The translations under genes were made by a program, and so were the position numbers. A DNA stretch of 59,051 bases, filler included. It is 3 parts of 3 records of this genome, joined end to end, with 100 filler letters (N's around TTAATTAATTAA, not from the genome) between each part and the next. Parts side by side here need not be neighbours in the genome. Positions count along the whole stretch, not along the records: positions 1 to 24,784 come from DRR723986_6734; 2 more parts are not named here. One strand, written 5' to 3'. Each line of letters opens with the position of its first letter. Position 1 is the first letter of the stretch. Below the pieces are notes generated by a model. That model worked only from the letters and a program-made list of their open reading frames with translations, was not told where the DNA came from and did not search any database. This document shows positions 8,940-19,486 of this stretch, in pieces.

Positions 8940-10874
8940 TCAGAAGGGATTTTCGAAGAGTTCGGTGGTCCGGTCAAGGATTGTCTCGACCGAGAAGCGA
9001 TCGACGGAGTGCGCCATGGCCAAAGCGCCATACCGCGCCAGCCGGTCCGGATCGTCCAGCATCCGCGCAAGTTCGGCGTCGAGCTCGTCCCCGGGCAGCG
9101 TGTCCGCGTCCGACAGGATGGTGCCGGTGACGCCCTGTTCCACGACCTCGTCGGTGCCGCCGGCCGGGGTCGCCAGCACGGGCGTCCCGACGAGCTGCGC
9201 CTCGATCAGCACGTTGGGCAGCCCCTCCATCCGGGCGAGATGCATCAGCAGGTCGGCGCGGTGCATGTAGAAGCCCACGTTGCTGCGGATGCCAAGCGCG
9301 AAGACGCGGTCCTGCAGGCCCAGTTCGGCGATCTTCGCCTGCGCGTCGGGGAACAGCGCGCCGGAGCCCAGCATGAGGAAGCGCGTGTCGTCACGGGTCT
9401 TCAGGTAGCGCGCGGCGGCCTCGATCCACGCCAGCGGGCGCTTGTTCTCGTCGAAGCGGAAGACGCCCACGACGGTCCGCGTGCAGGGGGCTGAGCGTTC
9501 GAGCACGTCGAAGAGGGTGGCGCGGTCCTCTTCGCTGCCGTCGGGCGGCATGACCTTGACGGCGTTGGGGATGACCTCGACCGCGCCCGGCTCCAGCCCG
9601 AGCCAGTCCTCGTAGGCAGTGGCGGCCTTCTGGCTGTTGGCGGTGAAGGTGACATGCGGCATGGCGGCCAGCGCCTTGTAGAGCACCGGCAGCTCTTCGC
9701 GGAAGAAGTTCGGCCGCAGGTTCGGCGGCAGCCCCCGGAAAGAGGTCACGATGCGCGGCACCCCGGCCAGCACGGCGGCGATGGCGGATTGCACGATGCC
9801 GCCGTCCTGCCACAGGTAGGCGACCTCGGTCCGGTGCGCGCGGAAGGCCTGCAAAAGCTGGCAGGTGTGGCGCAGCACGTCGGGCGCCAGCAGGCCCATC
9901 AGGTCGCGCAGCTCGTCCGAAAGCCCGTCGAGCGAGTCCAGCGCGATTTCGTCCTCTTCCGCGAAGACGCGGGTCGGCACGCCCGCGTCCTTCAGCATCG
10001 GGCGGTAGAAATCGGCCCCCGTGGCGGCATTGGCGTGCTTGACCCAGACCTCGGGCAGGGGGTCGCCCGCATGGGCGGCGCGGTCCAGAAGGGCGCAGGC
10101 GATGCGGGTCATCTGGCGCTCGGCGCCGCCGGTGCCCAGCTGGCCCGAGAAGAAGACGATGCGCCGCGCGCGGTTCAGCGGGCGCGGCGCCGGGGCGCGG
10201 GCCAGAATGGCGTCGATCGCCGCCGCCGATTGCTTCAGCCTGTAGCGTTCCATCATCCCCGCCTGCGCTTCGACCCGCGCCAGAAGGTCCTGCGAGGCCG
10301 CACCCATGCGGTCCCGGCCCGAGACGGTCCTTGCCACGTCCGCGGCCTCGATGAAACGCGATTGTTCGGCCAGCGCCTTGATGTAGTCCATGCGCAGCGC
10401 CCGGTCGGTCGGGTGCAGCACCGAAAGCGTCGACCAGAGCTGGTCCAGTTCGGTCCATGCCTTCAGTTCGATCAGCCCGGGAAAGGCGATGCGGGCCTGC
10501 GGCAGCGCGCGCCAGCAGTCGGGGTAGAGCCGCGCGATCCGGGCCAGCCCCTCGTCCACGCGGCCGTCGCGGCGGCACCAGCGCATCAGCATCCGCAGCG
10601 CCAGCGGATCCTGCGGGAAGCGCTCTTGCAGACCGCCCCAGACCGCGCGCATGTCGCGGCCCTTGCGCACCCGCTCCATCAGCAGGCCCGACGCCATCGC
10701 AAGATCGCGGTCGGCGCGGTAGCGCCCGAGCACGGGTTCGAGTTGCGACAGCACCTGCTCCGCCGTCTCGGCCGAGGTCACCGTCCGCGCCATGTCGAAG
10801 ATCTGCCGCGAGGTGCCTTCGGGCAGGGTCGGGGTCGCCGAGGAGAAATCGAGCTTTTCGGCCAACATCTTCAT
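8940..10874 (-). CDS. tviE: GT4 glycosyltransferase with N-terminal helical repeats (TviE-like polymerase)
   Basis: AGGAGG before ATG 10874; GQLGTGGAERQ; EGLPNVLIEAQ (EX7E); position in a tvi-like operon. Confidence 0.8.
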   Translation of the reverse strand: MKMLAEKLDFSSATPTLPEGTSRQIFDMARTVTSAETAEQVLSQLEPVLGRYRADRDLAMASGLLMERVRKGRDMRAVWGGLQERFPQDPLALRMLMRWCRRDGRVDEGLARIARLYPDCWRALPQARIAFPGLIELKAWTELDQLWSTLSVLHPTDRALRMDYIKALAEQSRFIEAADVARTVSGRDRMGAASQDLLARVEAQAGMMERYRLKQSAAAIDAILARAPAPRPLNRARRIVFFSGQLGTGGAERQMTRIACALLDRAAHAGDPLPEVWVKHANAATGADFYRPMLKDAGVPTRVFAEEDEIALDSLDGLSDELRDLMGLLAPDVLRHTCQLLQAFRAHRTEVAYLWQDGGIVQSAIAAVLAGVPRIVTSFRGLPPNLRPNFFREELPVLYKALAAMPHVTFTANSQKAATAYEDWLGLEPGAVEVIPNAVKVMPPDGSEEDRATLFDVLERSAPCTRTVVGVFRFDENKRPLAWIEAAARYLKTRDDTRFLMLGSGALFPDAQAKIAELGLQDRVFALGIRSNVGFYMHRADLLMHLARMEGLPNVLIEAQLVGTPVLATPAGGTDEVVEQGVTGTILSDADTLPGDELDAELARMLDDPDRLARYGALAMAHSVDRFSVETILDRTTELFENPF

Positions 10875-10878
10875 CCTC

Positions 10879-12822
10879 CTAGGCCGCGGCCGCCACGGCA
10901 TCGCGCAGCTTTTGCGCCTCGGCGGTCAGGGCCGGATGGGCGTCGGCGGCCAGCGCCTCGACGCGGTCGGCGGCGGTCAGCGCCAGCGGGCGGTCCCCGG
11001 CCTGCCGGGCGGCGCGCATCACCAGCACCCAAAGCGTCAGGCGCTCGGGCATGGCGCGGGTGGCGGCCAAACCTGCCGCGGCGGCTTCGGCGGGACGGTC
11101 CGCCGCCAGCAGCAGCCGCGCGCGCCAGAGGTCGAATTCGGGGCGGGTGTCGGGCAGGGCGAGCACCTCGGGTGCAAGGCCCTGCAGGCTGGCGAGGTCG
11201 CGGGCCTTGCCGCAGGCGCGGATGCGCGCCACGAGATCCCGGCGGGCATCGCGCAGCGCCCGGCGCAGGTCGGCGTTCATCGGGTCGGCCAGGGCGATCC
11301 GGGCCAGCGCCCGGGCGCGGTCGAGCGGCTGTTCCAGCGCCTCTGCCTGCTCCACCCAGTCGTCCAGCGCCGCGGCGACGGCCACGTCACGGATGCGGTC
11401 CATGGCCTGCGCCTCTCGCCAGAAGGCAAGGGCGGGGGCCGCCGCGGGGCCGGCGATCTCTGCCACCCGGGCCATGGTGGCGGCGGGCATGTCCGGGGCG
11501 ATCAGGCTTGGCAGGCAAAAGGCGGCGTGGCCGAGGGCACGGGCGATCCTTTCGGCGCCAAGGCGCGGTCGGACGGCGGCCAGCGCCTCGGGCCGGTCCG
11601 CCAGAGAGAGCCCGTGATCGACCACCAGCCCGGCCAGTACGTCGGCGGCTCGCGGGGCATCGGGACGGCTGTCCAGCGCGGCAAGGGCGAAGGTGGCGGC
11701 GTTCTGCGCGTCCCCCGCCTGTGACGCGGCGAGGGCCAGCGTGGTGAGCAAGTCGCAGGGCAGGGCGTCCGCGCCCCTCATGGCCTCGGCAGCGCGGTCG
11801 AAGCATCCCAGTTCCCCGGCACGGCGGAGCCACCCGGCAAGGTCCTCCCCCGGAGCGCCAAGCGCCTCGCGCGCCTGACGCAGATCGGCCCGCAGGTCGT
11901 CGAGCGCGGGCAGGTCCGGCATGATCCGGGCGAGGCGCGCGCAGGCGCCCTGCAGGTCACCGGCCTCGACAGCCGCCTCGATCTGCGCAGCCAGCGCCTC
12001 GGGGCGGGGGCGGACGAGCGCGTCGGTGCGCGGGGCGATGGCGGTGCGCATCCAGTCCGCGACGAGGGCGCGGGCGAAATCCTCGGTGAAATGGGCGAGG
12101 CTGGTGCTGTCGTCCTCGATGGCGCGCGGCTGCCCGAATTCGACCATCAGGTCGGTCGGGTCGCAGCAGGGCAGGCCCAGGGCGGCGCATTCCTCGGCCA
12201 CCATCGCGATCAGCGCGGCGCGCGAGCGGATCGGTTGCCCGTCGGGCTTCACCGCGTTCACATGGGTCACCACCAGAATGTCCGGCAGCAGCGCGGCCAG
12301 CCGTTGCAGGTCGGCGCGCAGGGTGTCGCGGGTCACGAGGCTGCGGCGGATGCGCGCGAGCAGACGAGCCTCCTGCCGTTGCTCCGCCGTGGCGGACCAG
12401 ACCTGTTTCAGGAAATCGGCGGTCGCGGCCTCGTCCCCGGCATCCGCCAGCTCCCAGAAGGCGGCGGCGCGCCCGGCGTCGGACAGGAACTCGGGAAAGG
12501 CCGCGCGCAGGTAGTTCAGCTGGATCGACACGCCGTCCACGGTCAGCTCCTTGGCCGAGGCGATCTCGACCACGTAGAGGTCCGACATCTCGGGGGCCTG
12601 ATCGGTCAGCGTCGCATGGTCGTGCGACCGGCAGACCAGCGGCCAGAGATCGGCCGGGATCTCGCAGTCTCCGCGCAGGAAGCGGGCCATCTGCACCGCC
12701 TCTGCGGGCGAATGGCAATACCCGTAGGTGCGCGCCATGTTCAGGCGCAGGCCATGGGCGGCCTGCCCAAGACGCAGCGGGGTCGTGATCCGGCAGGATC
12801 CGATCGGCGTGACGGTGAACAT
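10879..12822 (-). CDS. tviD: TviD-like protein (putative polysaccharide O-acetyltransferase domain plus helical repeats)
   Basis: IGSCRI, YGYCHSPAEA, YVVEIASAK, IQLNYL, VTHVNAV, LAHFTEDF resemble Salmonella Typhi TviD N-terminal motifs as recalled. Confidence 0.75.
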   Translation of the reverse strand: MFTVTPIGSCRITTPLRLGQAAHGLRLNMARTYGYCHSPAEAVQMARFLRGDCEIPADLWPLVCRSHDHATLTDQAPEMSDLYVVEIASAKELTVDGVSIQLNYLRAAFPEFLSDAGRAAAFWELADAGDEAATADFLKQVWSATAEQRQEARLLARIRRSLVTRDTLRADLQRLAALLPDILVVTHVNAVKPDGQPIRSRAALIAMVAEECAALGLPCCDPTDLMVEFGQPRAIEDDSTSLAHFTEDFARALVADWMRTAIAPRTDALVRPRPEALAAQIEAAVEAGDLQGACARLARIMPDLPALDDLRADLRQAREALGAPGEDLAGWLRRAGELGCFDRAAEAMRGADALPCDLLTTLALAASQAGDAQNAATFALAALDSRPDAPRAADVLAGLVVDHGLSLADRPEALAAVRPRLGAERIARALGHAAFCLPSLIAPDMPAATMARVAEIAGPAAAPALAFWREAQAMDRIRDVAVAAALDDWVEQAEALEQPLDRARALARIALADPMNADLRRALRDARRDLVARIRACGKARDLASLQGLAPEVLALPDTRPEFDLWRARLLLAADRPAEAAAAGLAATRAMPERLTLWVLVMRAARQAGDRPLALTAADRVEALAADAHPALTAEAQKLRDAVAAAA

Positions 12823-12843
12823 GGTCTTGCCCCTCTGCCGCGC

Positions 12844-14208
12844 TCAGAGCGACCAGTAGGTCAGGGTCTCGGGCAGGGCCGCCTTGCGGAAGACCGCCTT
12901 GACGTCCATCAGCACGCCGCCCTCGCGGATGCGGCCTACAAAGCCCTTGTCCTCGATGTATTCGCGGTGCGCGGTGGAGAGGATCATCATGTCGAGATCG
13001 CGGAATTCGGCATTGTCGGTCAGTTCGATGCCATACTCCGCGGCCTCGGCGGCATCGCACTGCGGGTCGTGCATGACCGGCTGCAGGCCGTAGCCGCGCA
13101 GCACCTCGATCAGCTCCAGCGTCTTGGAGTTGCGCAGGTCCGGCACGTCTTCCTTGAAGGTGATGCCGCAGACGCCGACCCGCTTGCCCGCGAGATCCCC
13201 GCCCTGCTTGATGAGAAAGCGCAGGGCCGCGTCGGCCACATGGCGCACCATGCTCTCGTTCGTGCGGCGCCCGGCCATGATGAGCTGCGGGTTGTGGCCA
13301 AGCCGTTCCGCCAGCGCGGCGAGGTAGTAGGGGTCGACCCCGATGCAATGCCCGCCGACGAGGCCGGGGGTCATCCTGACGAAGTTCCACTTGGTCGAGG
13401 CGGCCTCGATCACGTCATGGGTGTTGATGCCGATCTTGTCGCAGATCACCGACATCTCGTTCATCAGGGCGATGTTGACGTCGCGCTGGGTGTTCTCCAG
13501 CACCTTCGCCGCCTCGGCCACCTTGATGCTGGGCGCGGCGTGCAGGCCCGCGTCGATCACCGAGGCGTAAAGCGCGCGGATGCGTTCCAGCGTCTCGGCG
13601 CTGTCGCCTGAGATCACCTTGACCACGTTGGCCACGGTGTTGACCTTGTCGCCGGGATTGATCCGCTCGGGCGAGTAGCCAAGGCCGAAGTCGGCGCCGC
13701 AGGTCAGACCCGAGAGGCGTTCGAGGATCGGCGCGCAGATCTCTTCGGTGGCGCCCGGGTAGACGGTGGATTCGAAGACCACCACGTCGCCCTTGGCCAG
13801 GCAGGGGCCCACCGCCTCGCAGGCCGAGATGAGCGGGGCGAGGTCGGGCTGGTTCGAGGCGTTGATCGGCGTCGGCACGGTCACGATGTAGAACGAGGCA
13901 TCGGCGATGGCGCGGCGGTCGGTGCTTGCCTTCAGCCCGCAGCTGCGCAGGGTCAGGGCGTCGACCTCGTTCGAGGCGTCGATGCCCTCCTTGATGTCGG
14001 CGACCCGGCGGGTCGAGATGTCGAAGCCCGCGACCTCTTCGAACTGGCGGGCCAGCTTCACGGCCAGCGGCAGGCCGACGTAGCCCAGCCCGATCACCGC
14101 CACGCGCTCTGCCGTCGACTTGACCGTCTCGTTGTCGGCAACAAGCTGAAGCCGCGTGACCCGTGCATCGCGGTTGAGCCGCGTTTCCTGAAGCGTTTTC
14201 GAGACCAT
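12844..14208 (-). CDS. tviB: UDP-N-acetylhexosamine 6-dehydrogenase (TviB/WbpO family)
   Basis: GLGYVGLPLA, FESTVYPG, YSPERINPGD, GGHCIGVDPYYL, GITFKEDVPDLRNSK; likely start MVSKT at 14208 after GAGGGG. Confidence 0.9.
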   Translation of the reverse strand: MVSKTLQETRLNRDARVTRLQLVADNETVKSTAERVAVIGLGYVGLPLAVKLARQFEEVAGFDISTRRVADIKEGIDASNEVDALTLRSCGLKASTDRRAIADASFYIVTVPTPINASNQPDLAPLISACEAVGPCLAKGDVVVFESTVYPGATEEICAPILERLSGLTCGADFGLGYSPERINPGDKVNTVANVVKVISGDSAETLERIRALYASVIDAGLHAAPSIKVAEAAKVLENTQRDVNIALMNEMSVICDKIGINTHDVIEAASTKWNFVRMTPGLVGGHCIGVDPYYLAALAERLGHNPQLIMAGRRTNESMVRHVADAALRFLIKQGGDLAGKRVGVCGITFKEDVPDLRNSKTLELIEVLRGYGLQPVMHDPQCDAAEAAEYGIELTDNAEFRDLDMMILSTAHREYIEDKGFVGRIREGGVLMDVKAVFRKAALPETLTYWSL

Positions 14209-14583
14209 CTGCCCTACCCCTCGTTTGTGGTTGACGTAGTTAATGGAAGGTAAAGATGGCAAAAATTTGCACGAATCCTGAAAGCTTTGGGGCTGGGGAA
14301 ACGAACTGCTTCCGAACCGGGAACAATCGCTTTGTGACGGTCGGGGGTTGGGGTCAGTGGGTTGTTTTTCAATGGAAAATCGGGCCGCCGCCTGGAATTT
14401 CCGACGGCGCAGGCCCGTTTCTTGCCCCAATTCAGGGCAAAAGCTGACCACAATTCATTGGTTAACAGACCGTCAGTAGAAACAGGCCGGCGCATGGTCC
14501 CGGGGTTTGACGGTCGCTTTCATTGCAAGGCGGCGCAGACCGCGCGGGATCGCTGCGCACAGAATGAAAGCGAGAACGGTCCC

Positions 14584-16308
14584 ATGTGGAATTGGAACGG
14601 AAATCATTGGATTTGGGAACTCTTTGGCTGGGGGTCCACCGACAACGGAAACACTCCTGCAAACGCGATTGCCGGGCAATTGCCCCAGAGCCTGCGGTTC
14701 GTCGAAGAGACGAGCGGCGCGGTCGACCTGTCCGCCGTCGATCTCGACAGCCTCGGGTCGAGCAACGACATCATCACCCTGACCTTCGACGTCGGCTCCG
14801 GCGTGCTGGAAACCGCCCATGACGGACGCATCGACATCGCCGGCAACGGCACCGGGACGGTGACGCTGACGGGCAAGGTCAAACATCTGGAGCGGTACCT
14901 CGACGACGCGGGCGCGCTGCGGTTCACCGGCGGCCAGAACGTCTTTGGCGAGGGCGCGACCGCGCTGAGCGTGAGCGTCGGCGCGGGCAGCCAGATGCAG
15001 ACCCTCGGTAGCGTGTCCTTCGACCTCGACGATGTGTCCGACGACATCACCGGCACCGAAGGCGACGACCACCTCGTCGGCGATGCGGGCATGAACGCGA
15101 TCGACGGGCTGGGCGGCAACGATTCCCTCGAAGGTCTAGCCGGCAACGACCAGATCGAGGGGGGCGCGGGCCATGACACCATCGCGGGCGGCGCGGGCGC
15201 CGACACGCTGAACGGTGGCGCGGGCGAGGACGTGCTCTACTACTACGGCTCGCAGGGCGGCGTGACCGTCGACCTTGGCGCCGGGACGGCCTCGGGCGGC
15301 GATGCCGAGGGCGATGTGATCTCGGGCTTCGAGCACGTCTATGCCACCAATGCGGCCGACGTGCTGACCGGCGACGGCGCGGCCAACACGCTCTTCGGCT
15401 ACGGCGGGGCGGATGTGATCTCCGGCATGGGCGGAGACGACGTGATCCGCGGCGGCGCCGGTGCCGATACGCTGGACGGCGGCGACGGCTCCGACTGGCT
15501 GCGCTACCTCGGGTCGCGCGAAGGTGTCACAATCAGCCTCGAAGCAGGCACCGTCGGCAGCGGCGGCGATGCCGAGGGCGACGTGGTCACGAACTTCGAG
15601 AACATCCAGGGCTCGGACCATGGTGACAGCCTGACCGGCGATGCGGGGGCGAACGACATCCTCGGCAACGGCGGCGACGACGCGATCTTCGGCGGCGCGG
15701 GCAAGGACACCATCCGCGGCGGCGAGGGGGCCGATACCATCGACGGCGGCTCGGATGTCGACACGCTGATGTATCGCGATTCGGGCGAGGGCGTCTCCGT
15801 CGACCTGCGCAGCGGCACCGGCACGGGCGGCGAGGCCGAGGGCGACGTGATCTCGAATATCGAGAACGTCTACGGGTCCGACCACGGCGACCTGCTGCTG
15901 GGCGCGGAAGGGCGCAACTACCTCTACGGCTACGACGGCGACGACACGCTGTCCGGCGGAGAGGGCAAGGACGTGCTGCGCGGCATGGCCGGGGCCGACA
16001 GCTTCCTCTTCGACACCGCGCTTGCGGCGTCGAACGTGGACCGCATCCTCGACTTCACGGCGGGCAGCGACCGGATCCTGCTCGACAGCGTGATCTTCGA
16101 CGATCTGACGGCGGGGCTGTTGCTGGAAAGCCAGTTCCTCGTGGCGGCGGGCGGCGTGGCCCAGACCGCGGATCAGCGGATGATCTACGACGATGGCGAC
16201 GGGATGCTCTACTATGACGCCGACGGCTCCGGCGCGGCTTCGGCGCAGGCGGTGGCCCAGCTGACGAACCGCGCGGCGCTCGACTTCGACGATTTCCTGA
16301 TCGTCTGA
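14584..16308 (+). CDS. RTX/hemolysin-type calcium-binding repeat protein
   Basis: Many GGxGxD nonapeptides; repeated GGDAEGDVI..FE.V.GS blocks; C-terminal DFDDFLIV typical of T1SS substrates; start codon uncertain. Confidence 0.88.
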   Translation: MWNWNGNHWIWELFGWGSTDNGNTPANAIAGQLPQSLRFVEETSGAVDLSAVDLDSLGSSNDIITLTFDVGSGVLETAHDGRIDIAGNGTGTVTLTGKVKHLERYLDDAGALRFTGGQNVFGEGATALSVSVGAGSQMQTLGSVSFDLDDVSDDITGTEGDDHLVGDAGMNAIDGLGGNDSLEGLAGNDQIEGGAGHDTIAGGAGADTLNGGAGEDVLYYYGSQGGVTVDLGAGTASGGDAEGDVISGFEHVYATNAADVLTGDGAANTLFGYGGADVISGMGGDDVIRGGAGADTLDGGDGSDWLRYLGSREGVTISLEAGTVGSGGDAEGDVVTNFENIQGSDHGDSLTGDAGANDILGNGGDDAIFGGAGKDTIRGGEGADTIDGGSDVDTLMYRDSGEGVSVDLRSGTGTGGEAEGDVISNIENVYGSDHGDLLLGAEGRNYLYGYDGDDTLSGGEGKDVLRGMAGADSFLFDTALAASNVDRILDFTAGSDRILLDSVIFDDLTAGLLLESQFLVAAGGVAQTADQRMIYDDGDGMLYYDADGSGAASAQAVAQLTNRAALDFDDFLIV

Positions 16309-16326
16309 CCGCCCCAAGGCACAGCG

Positions 16327-16363
16327 AAAGGCCCCCGCACCGGATCCGGCGCGGGGGCCTTTT
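16327..16363. terminator. Probable bidirectional intrinsic terminator between convergent genes
   Basis: AAAGGCCCCCGC-loop-GCGGGGGCCTTTT. Confidence 0.75.
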
Positions 16364-16435
16364 GCGTTCAGGAATGGGCGCGGGGCCATGGGTCCCGCCC
16401 AAGCGGGAGGGGCCGTTCCGGGCTTTTGACCCCTC

Positions 16436-17167
16436 TCAACTTTTCCACAGCCACCGGCAAAGCGCGTCGACCGCCGCGTGTAGCAGCAGCGTCAGCGCGG
16501 CGAGGACGATCAGCGCCGCGAACATCAGGTCGATCTTGGCGCGGCCGTTCGCCAGCAGCATCAGGTAGCCCAGCCCCCGCGACGCGCCGACCCATTCGCC
16601 GATGATCGCACCGATCGGGGCATAGACCGCTGCAAGGCGCAGGCCCGAGGCAAAGCCCGGCAGCGCCGCCGGCACCCGGATGTGCCAGAGGGTCCGGGCC
16701 GGGCGCCCACCCATCACGCGGGCCAGTTCGAGCCAGCCGGGCGGAGTGCGCATCAGCGCGTCGAAAAAGGCCGAGGTGACGGGAAAGTAGATGATGAGCA
16801 AGGCCATCGTGACCTTCGACCACAGCCCGTAGCCCAGCCACAGCGTCAGGATCGGCGCCAGCGCGAAGACCGGGACCGCCTGACTGAAGACGAGGAGCGG
16901 CCGAAGCAGCGCCCGGGTGGCCGTAGAGGCGGCCATCGCGATCGCCGAGACGAAGCCCAGCGCCGCGCCCAGACCGAGGCCCAGAAGGACCTCCAGCGCC
17001 GTGACCGCCGCGTGTTCGGCGATCAGCGCCCGGCTGGTCCAGAGCGTCGCAAAGACGCGCCCCGGCCCGGGCAGGATGTAGCGGGGCAGGGCAAGGCCGG
17101 TGACCAGCGCCTGCCACGCCAGCAGGACCAAGGCCGCGATGCCGGCAAGGCGTAGGGCCCGGGTCAT
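16436..17167 (-). CDS. thiX: ABC permease, hydroxymethylpyrimidine/thiamine-precursor uptake (ThiX-like)
   Basis: SsuC/NitT-type permease motifs (YILPGP, AIIGEWVG..GLG); in thi operon. Confidence 0.85.
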   Translation of the reverse strand: MTRALRLAGIAALVLLAWQALVTGLALPRYILPGPGRVFATLWTSRALIAEHAAVTALEVLLGLGLGAALGFVSAIAMAASTATRALLRPLLVFSQAVPVFALAPILTLWLGYGLWSKVTMALLIIYFPVTSAFFDALMRTPPGWLELARVMGGRPARTLWHIRVPAALPGFASGLRLAAVYAPIGAIIGEWVGASRGLGYLMLLANGRAKIDLMFAALIVLAALTLLLHAAVDALCRWLWKS

Positions 17168-17886
17168 CGCGCCGCCATCAGGCGCCGCAGCAGCCGCGCC
17201 TGAAAGGCCAGCACCGGGGGCGCGTCGAAGGGCCGGGGCGTGGGGCCGTCGGGCGGAGCCTCTGTGGTGATGCCCTCGCGCGACATCAGCAGCACGGTCT
17301 GCCCCAGCCGGGCGGCCTCGGCGGCGTCATGGGTGACGTGCAGGACGGTGCGGCCCCGAAGCAGCTCGGCGGCAAGATCCTGCATCTGCGCCCGGGCCCG
17401 CGCATCCAGCGCCGAAAAGGGTTCGTCCAGCAGGACGACGGGCCGATCCTCCATCAGCGTCCGGGCCAGCGCCACCCGCTGTCTCTGCCCGCCGGACAGC
17501 GCCTGTGGGCGTTTGGCGGCGTGATCGGCCAGACCGACGCGGTCCAGCAGGGCGCGCGCGCGGTCCCGTTGCTCCGGCCCGCCGCGCAGCCGGGCGCCAA
17601 GGGTCACGTTGGCGGCGGCGTCCAGCCATGGCATCAGCAGATCGTCCTGCGCCATCAGGGCGATGCGCCCGGTCAGGGGCAGGCCATCGGTGGCGCCCGT
17701 CTGGCCATCGAGGACCATGCCGCCGATCCCGCTCAGCAGGCGCAGCACCGTCGATTTGCCCACGCCCGAAGGCCCGAGCAGGCAGGTCCATTCCCCGGCG
17801 CGCACGCGCAGCGACAGCGGCCCGAAGACCGGCACGCCGTCCACCGTCGCCCGGCCCGAAAGGTGCAGCCCCGGGGCGGTCCTCAT
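17164..17886 (-). CDS. thiZ: ABC ATP-binding protein (ThiZ-like)
   Basis: GPSGVGKST, LSGGQRQR, LLDEPFSALD. Confidence 0.88.
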   Translation of the reverse strand: MRTAPGLHLSGRATVDGVPVFGPLSLRVRAGEWTCLLGPSGVGKSTVLRLLSGIGGMVLDGQTGATDGLPLTGRIALMAQDDLLMPWLDAAANVTLGARLRGGPEQRDRARALLDRVGLADHAAKRPQALSGGQRQRVALARTLMEDRPVVLLDEPFSALDARARAQMQDLAAELLRGRTVLHVTHDAAEAARLGQTVLLMSREGITTEAPPDGPTPRPFDAPPVLAFQARLLRRLMAAR

Positions 17887-18554
17887 CCCGTCAGGCCCAT
17901 GCTCCAGAAGTCCGCCTCGAGCCTTGTGGCGGTCTCGAACCGGGCGCAGAGGTGGGGCCAGCGGGGGCTATCCGTCGGGGTCGGCCCCAGACGATCGGCC
18001 ACCGCCGCGTCGATCAGCGCGCCGACCGCACGGCAACTGCCCTGATAATCGGCCCCGGCATAGGTGGCGATCCAGTCGGCATAGGGTGTCTTTGCGGTGC
18101 AGGTCGCCAGCCGCGTCCCGATCTCGCCATAGCCCAGCACACAGGGCGCGAGGGCCGCCATCAGGTCGAGGAAATCGCCCGCGTGGCCCGCATCCAGCAC
18201 ATAGCGGGTATAGGCGATGGTCTGCGGCGCCTCGCGGGCCGCGAACAGCTCGGACTCTGGGATGCCCTCGGCGGCGCAGATCCCGACATGCAGCCGCATC
18301 TCGTCGTGCAGCAGGGTGTGGACGGTCGCGGCGCAGGCGCGCATCTCGTCCAGCGTTCCGGCCTTGGTCACGGCCAGCGCCCATGCGCGGGAGAAATGGA
18401 CGAGAAACAGATAGTCCTGCACCAGATACCGCAGGAACGCATCACGCGGGAGCGTGCCGTCGCCCAGACCCTCGACGAAGGCATGGCGCGTGTAGTCGCG
18501 CCATGCATCGCCCGCCGCATCGCGCCACAGCGGAAAGGTCGCGCCAAAGCTCAT
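17883..18554 (-). CDS. tenA: Thiaminase II / aminopyrimidine aminohydrolase
   Basis: YLVQDYLFL, LAPCVLGYGEIG, YADWIATY, LEADFW. Confidence 0.92.
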   Translation of the reverse strand: MSFGATFPLWRDAAGDAWRDYTRHAFVEGLGDGTLPRDAFLRYLVQDYLFLVHFSRAWALAVTKAGTLDEMRACAATVHTLLHDEMRLHVGICAAEGIPESELFAAREAPQTIAYTRYVLDAGHAGDFLDLMAALAPCVLGYGEIGTRLATCTAKTPYADWIATYAGADYQGSCRAVGALIDAAVADRLGPTPTDSPRWPHLCARFETATRLEADFWSMGLTG

Positions 18555-19486
18555 TGCGCACCCAGATCGACGGCGAGGTCGGACACGGGCCGGGTGCCGG
18601 GGATCAGCCCGGCCTCGGCGAGGAAGGCATCGAAGCGGGCATAGCGGCCCTGATCCAGTGCCTCGGGGCGCAGGGCGAAGCGGGGGATCGTGTCGGCCCA
18701 GGCGCGCTCGTTCAGCTCGTCCTGCAATTCGGCCGAGGTGCCGGAAAAGATCTCCCAGCTTTCCTGCGGATGGTTGACGATGAACTGCGTGGCCCGTTCC
18801 GTCGCGGTCAGGAAGCGGCGGATCATGTCGCGGTCCATCGTCTCGGGGTTGGCGACGTAGATCAGTTCGTCATAGGTCGGCACGCCTTCCTCTTCGGGAT
18901 AGAAGCAGCGCCCGGCCACGCCCTCGATGTCCATCTGGTTCAGTTCGAAGTTGCGGAAGGCGCCGATCACCGCATCGACCTGTCCGGACATGAGCGCGGG
19001 CGAGAGGGACCAGTTGACGTTGATCAACTCGACATCCGCCGGGGTCAGGCCGGACTGACCCAGCATCGCCTGCAGCAGCGCCTCCTCGAAGCCCGAGACG
19101 GAGAACCCGACCTTGCGGCCCTTCAGGTCCGAAAGCTCCGCGACGGGCCCATCCTCCAGCACCAGAAGGCAGTTCAGCGGGGTGGCCACAAGGGTGCCCA
19201 CGCGGATCAGCGGCATCCCCTCGGCCACCTGCAGATGCAGTTGCGGCTGGTAGGAGATCGCAAGATCGGCACGCCCGGCGGCGGCCATCTTGGGCGGATC
19301 GGCGGGATCGGCGGGGGCGATCACCTCGACCGCCAGCCCGGCCTCGGCGAAATAGCCCTGTTCCTGCGCGATGATGATGGGCCCGTGGTCGGGGTTCACG
19401 AACCAGTCGAGCATCAGGGTCATCTCGTCCTGCGCGGCGGCGGGGGCCGCGGCGATAAGGGCGAGGGCGGTCAGTTGGGCTTTCAT
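18551..19486 (-). CDS. thiY: NMT1/THI5-family substrate-binding protein (ThiY-like)
   Basis: Signal peptide [31 protein letters not shown]. Confidence 0.9.
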   Translation of the reverse strand: MKAQLTALALIAAAPAAAQDEMTLMLDWFVNPDHGPIIIAQEQGYFAEAGLAVEVIAPADPADPPKMAAAGRADLAISYQPQLHLQVAEGMPLIRVGTLVATPLNCLLVLEDGPVAELSDLKGRKVGFSVSGFEEALLQAMLGQSGLTPADVELINVNWSLSPALMSGQVDAVIGAFRNFELNQMDIEGVAGRCFYPEEEGVPTYDELIYVANPETMDRDMIRRFLTATERATQFIVNHPQESWEIFSGTSAELQDELNERAWADTIPRFALRPEALDQGRYARFDAFLAEAGLIPGTRPVSDLAVDLGAQ

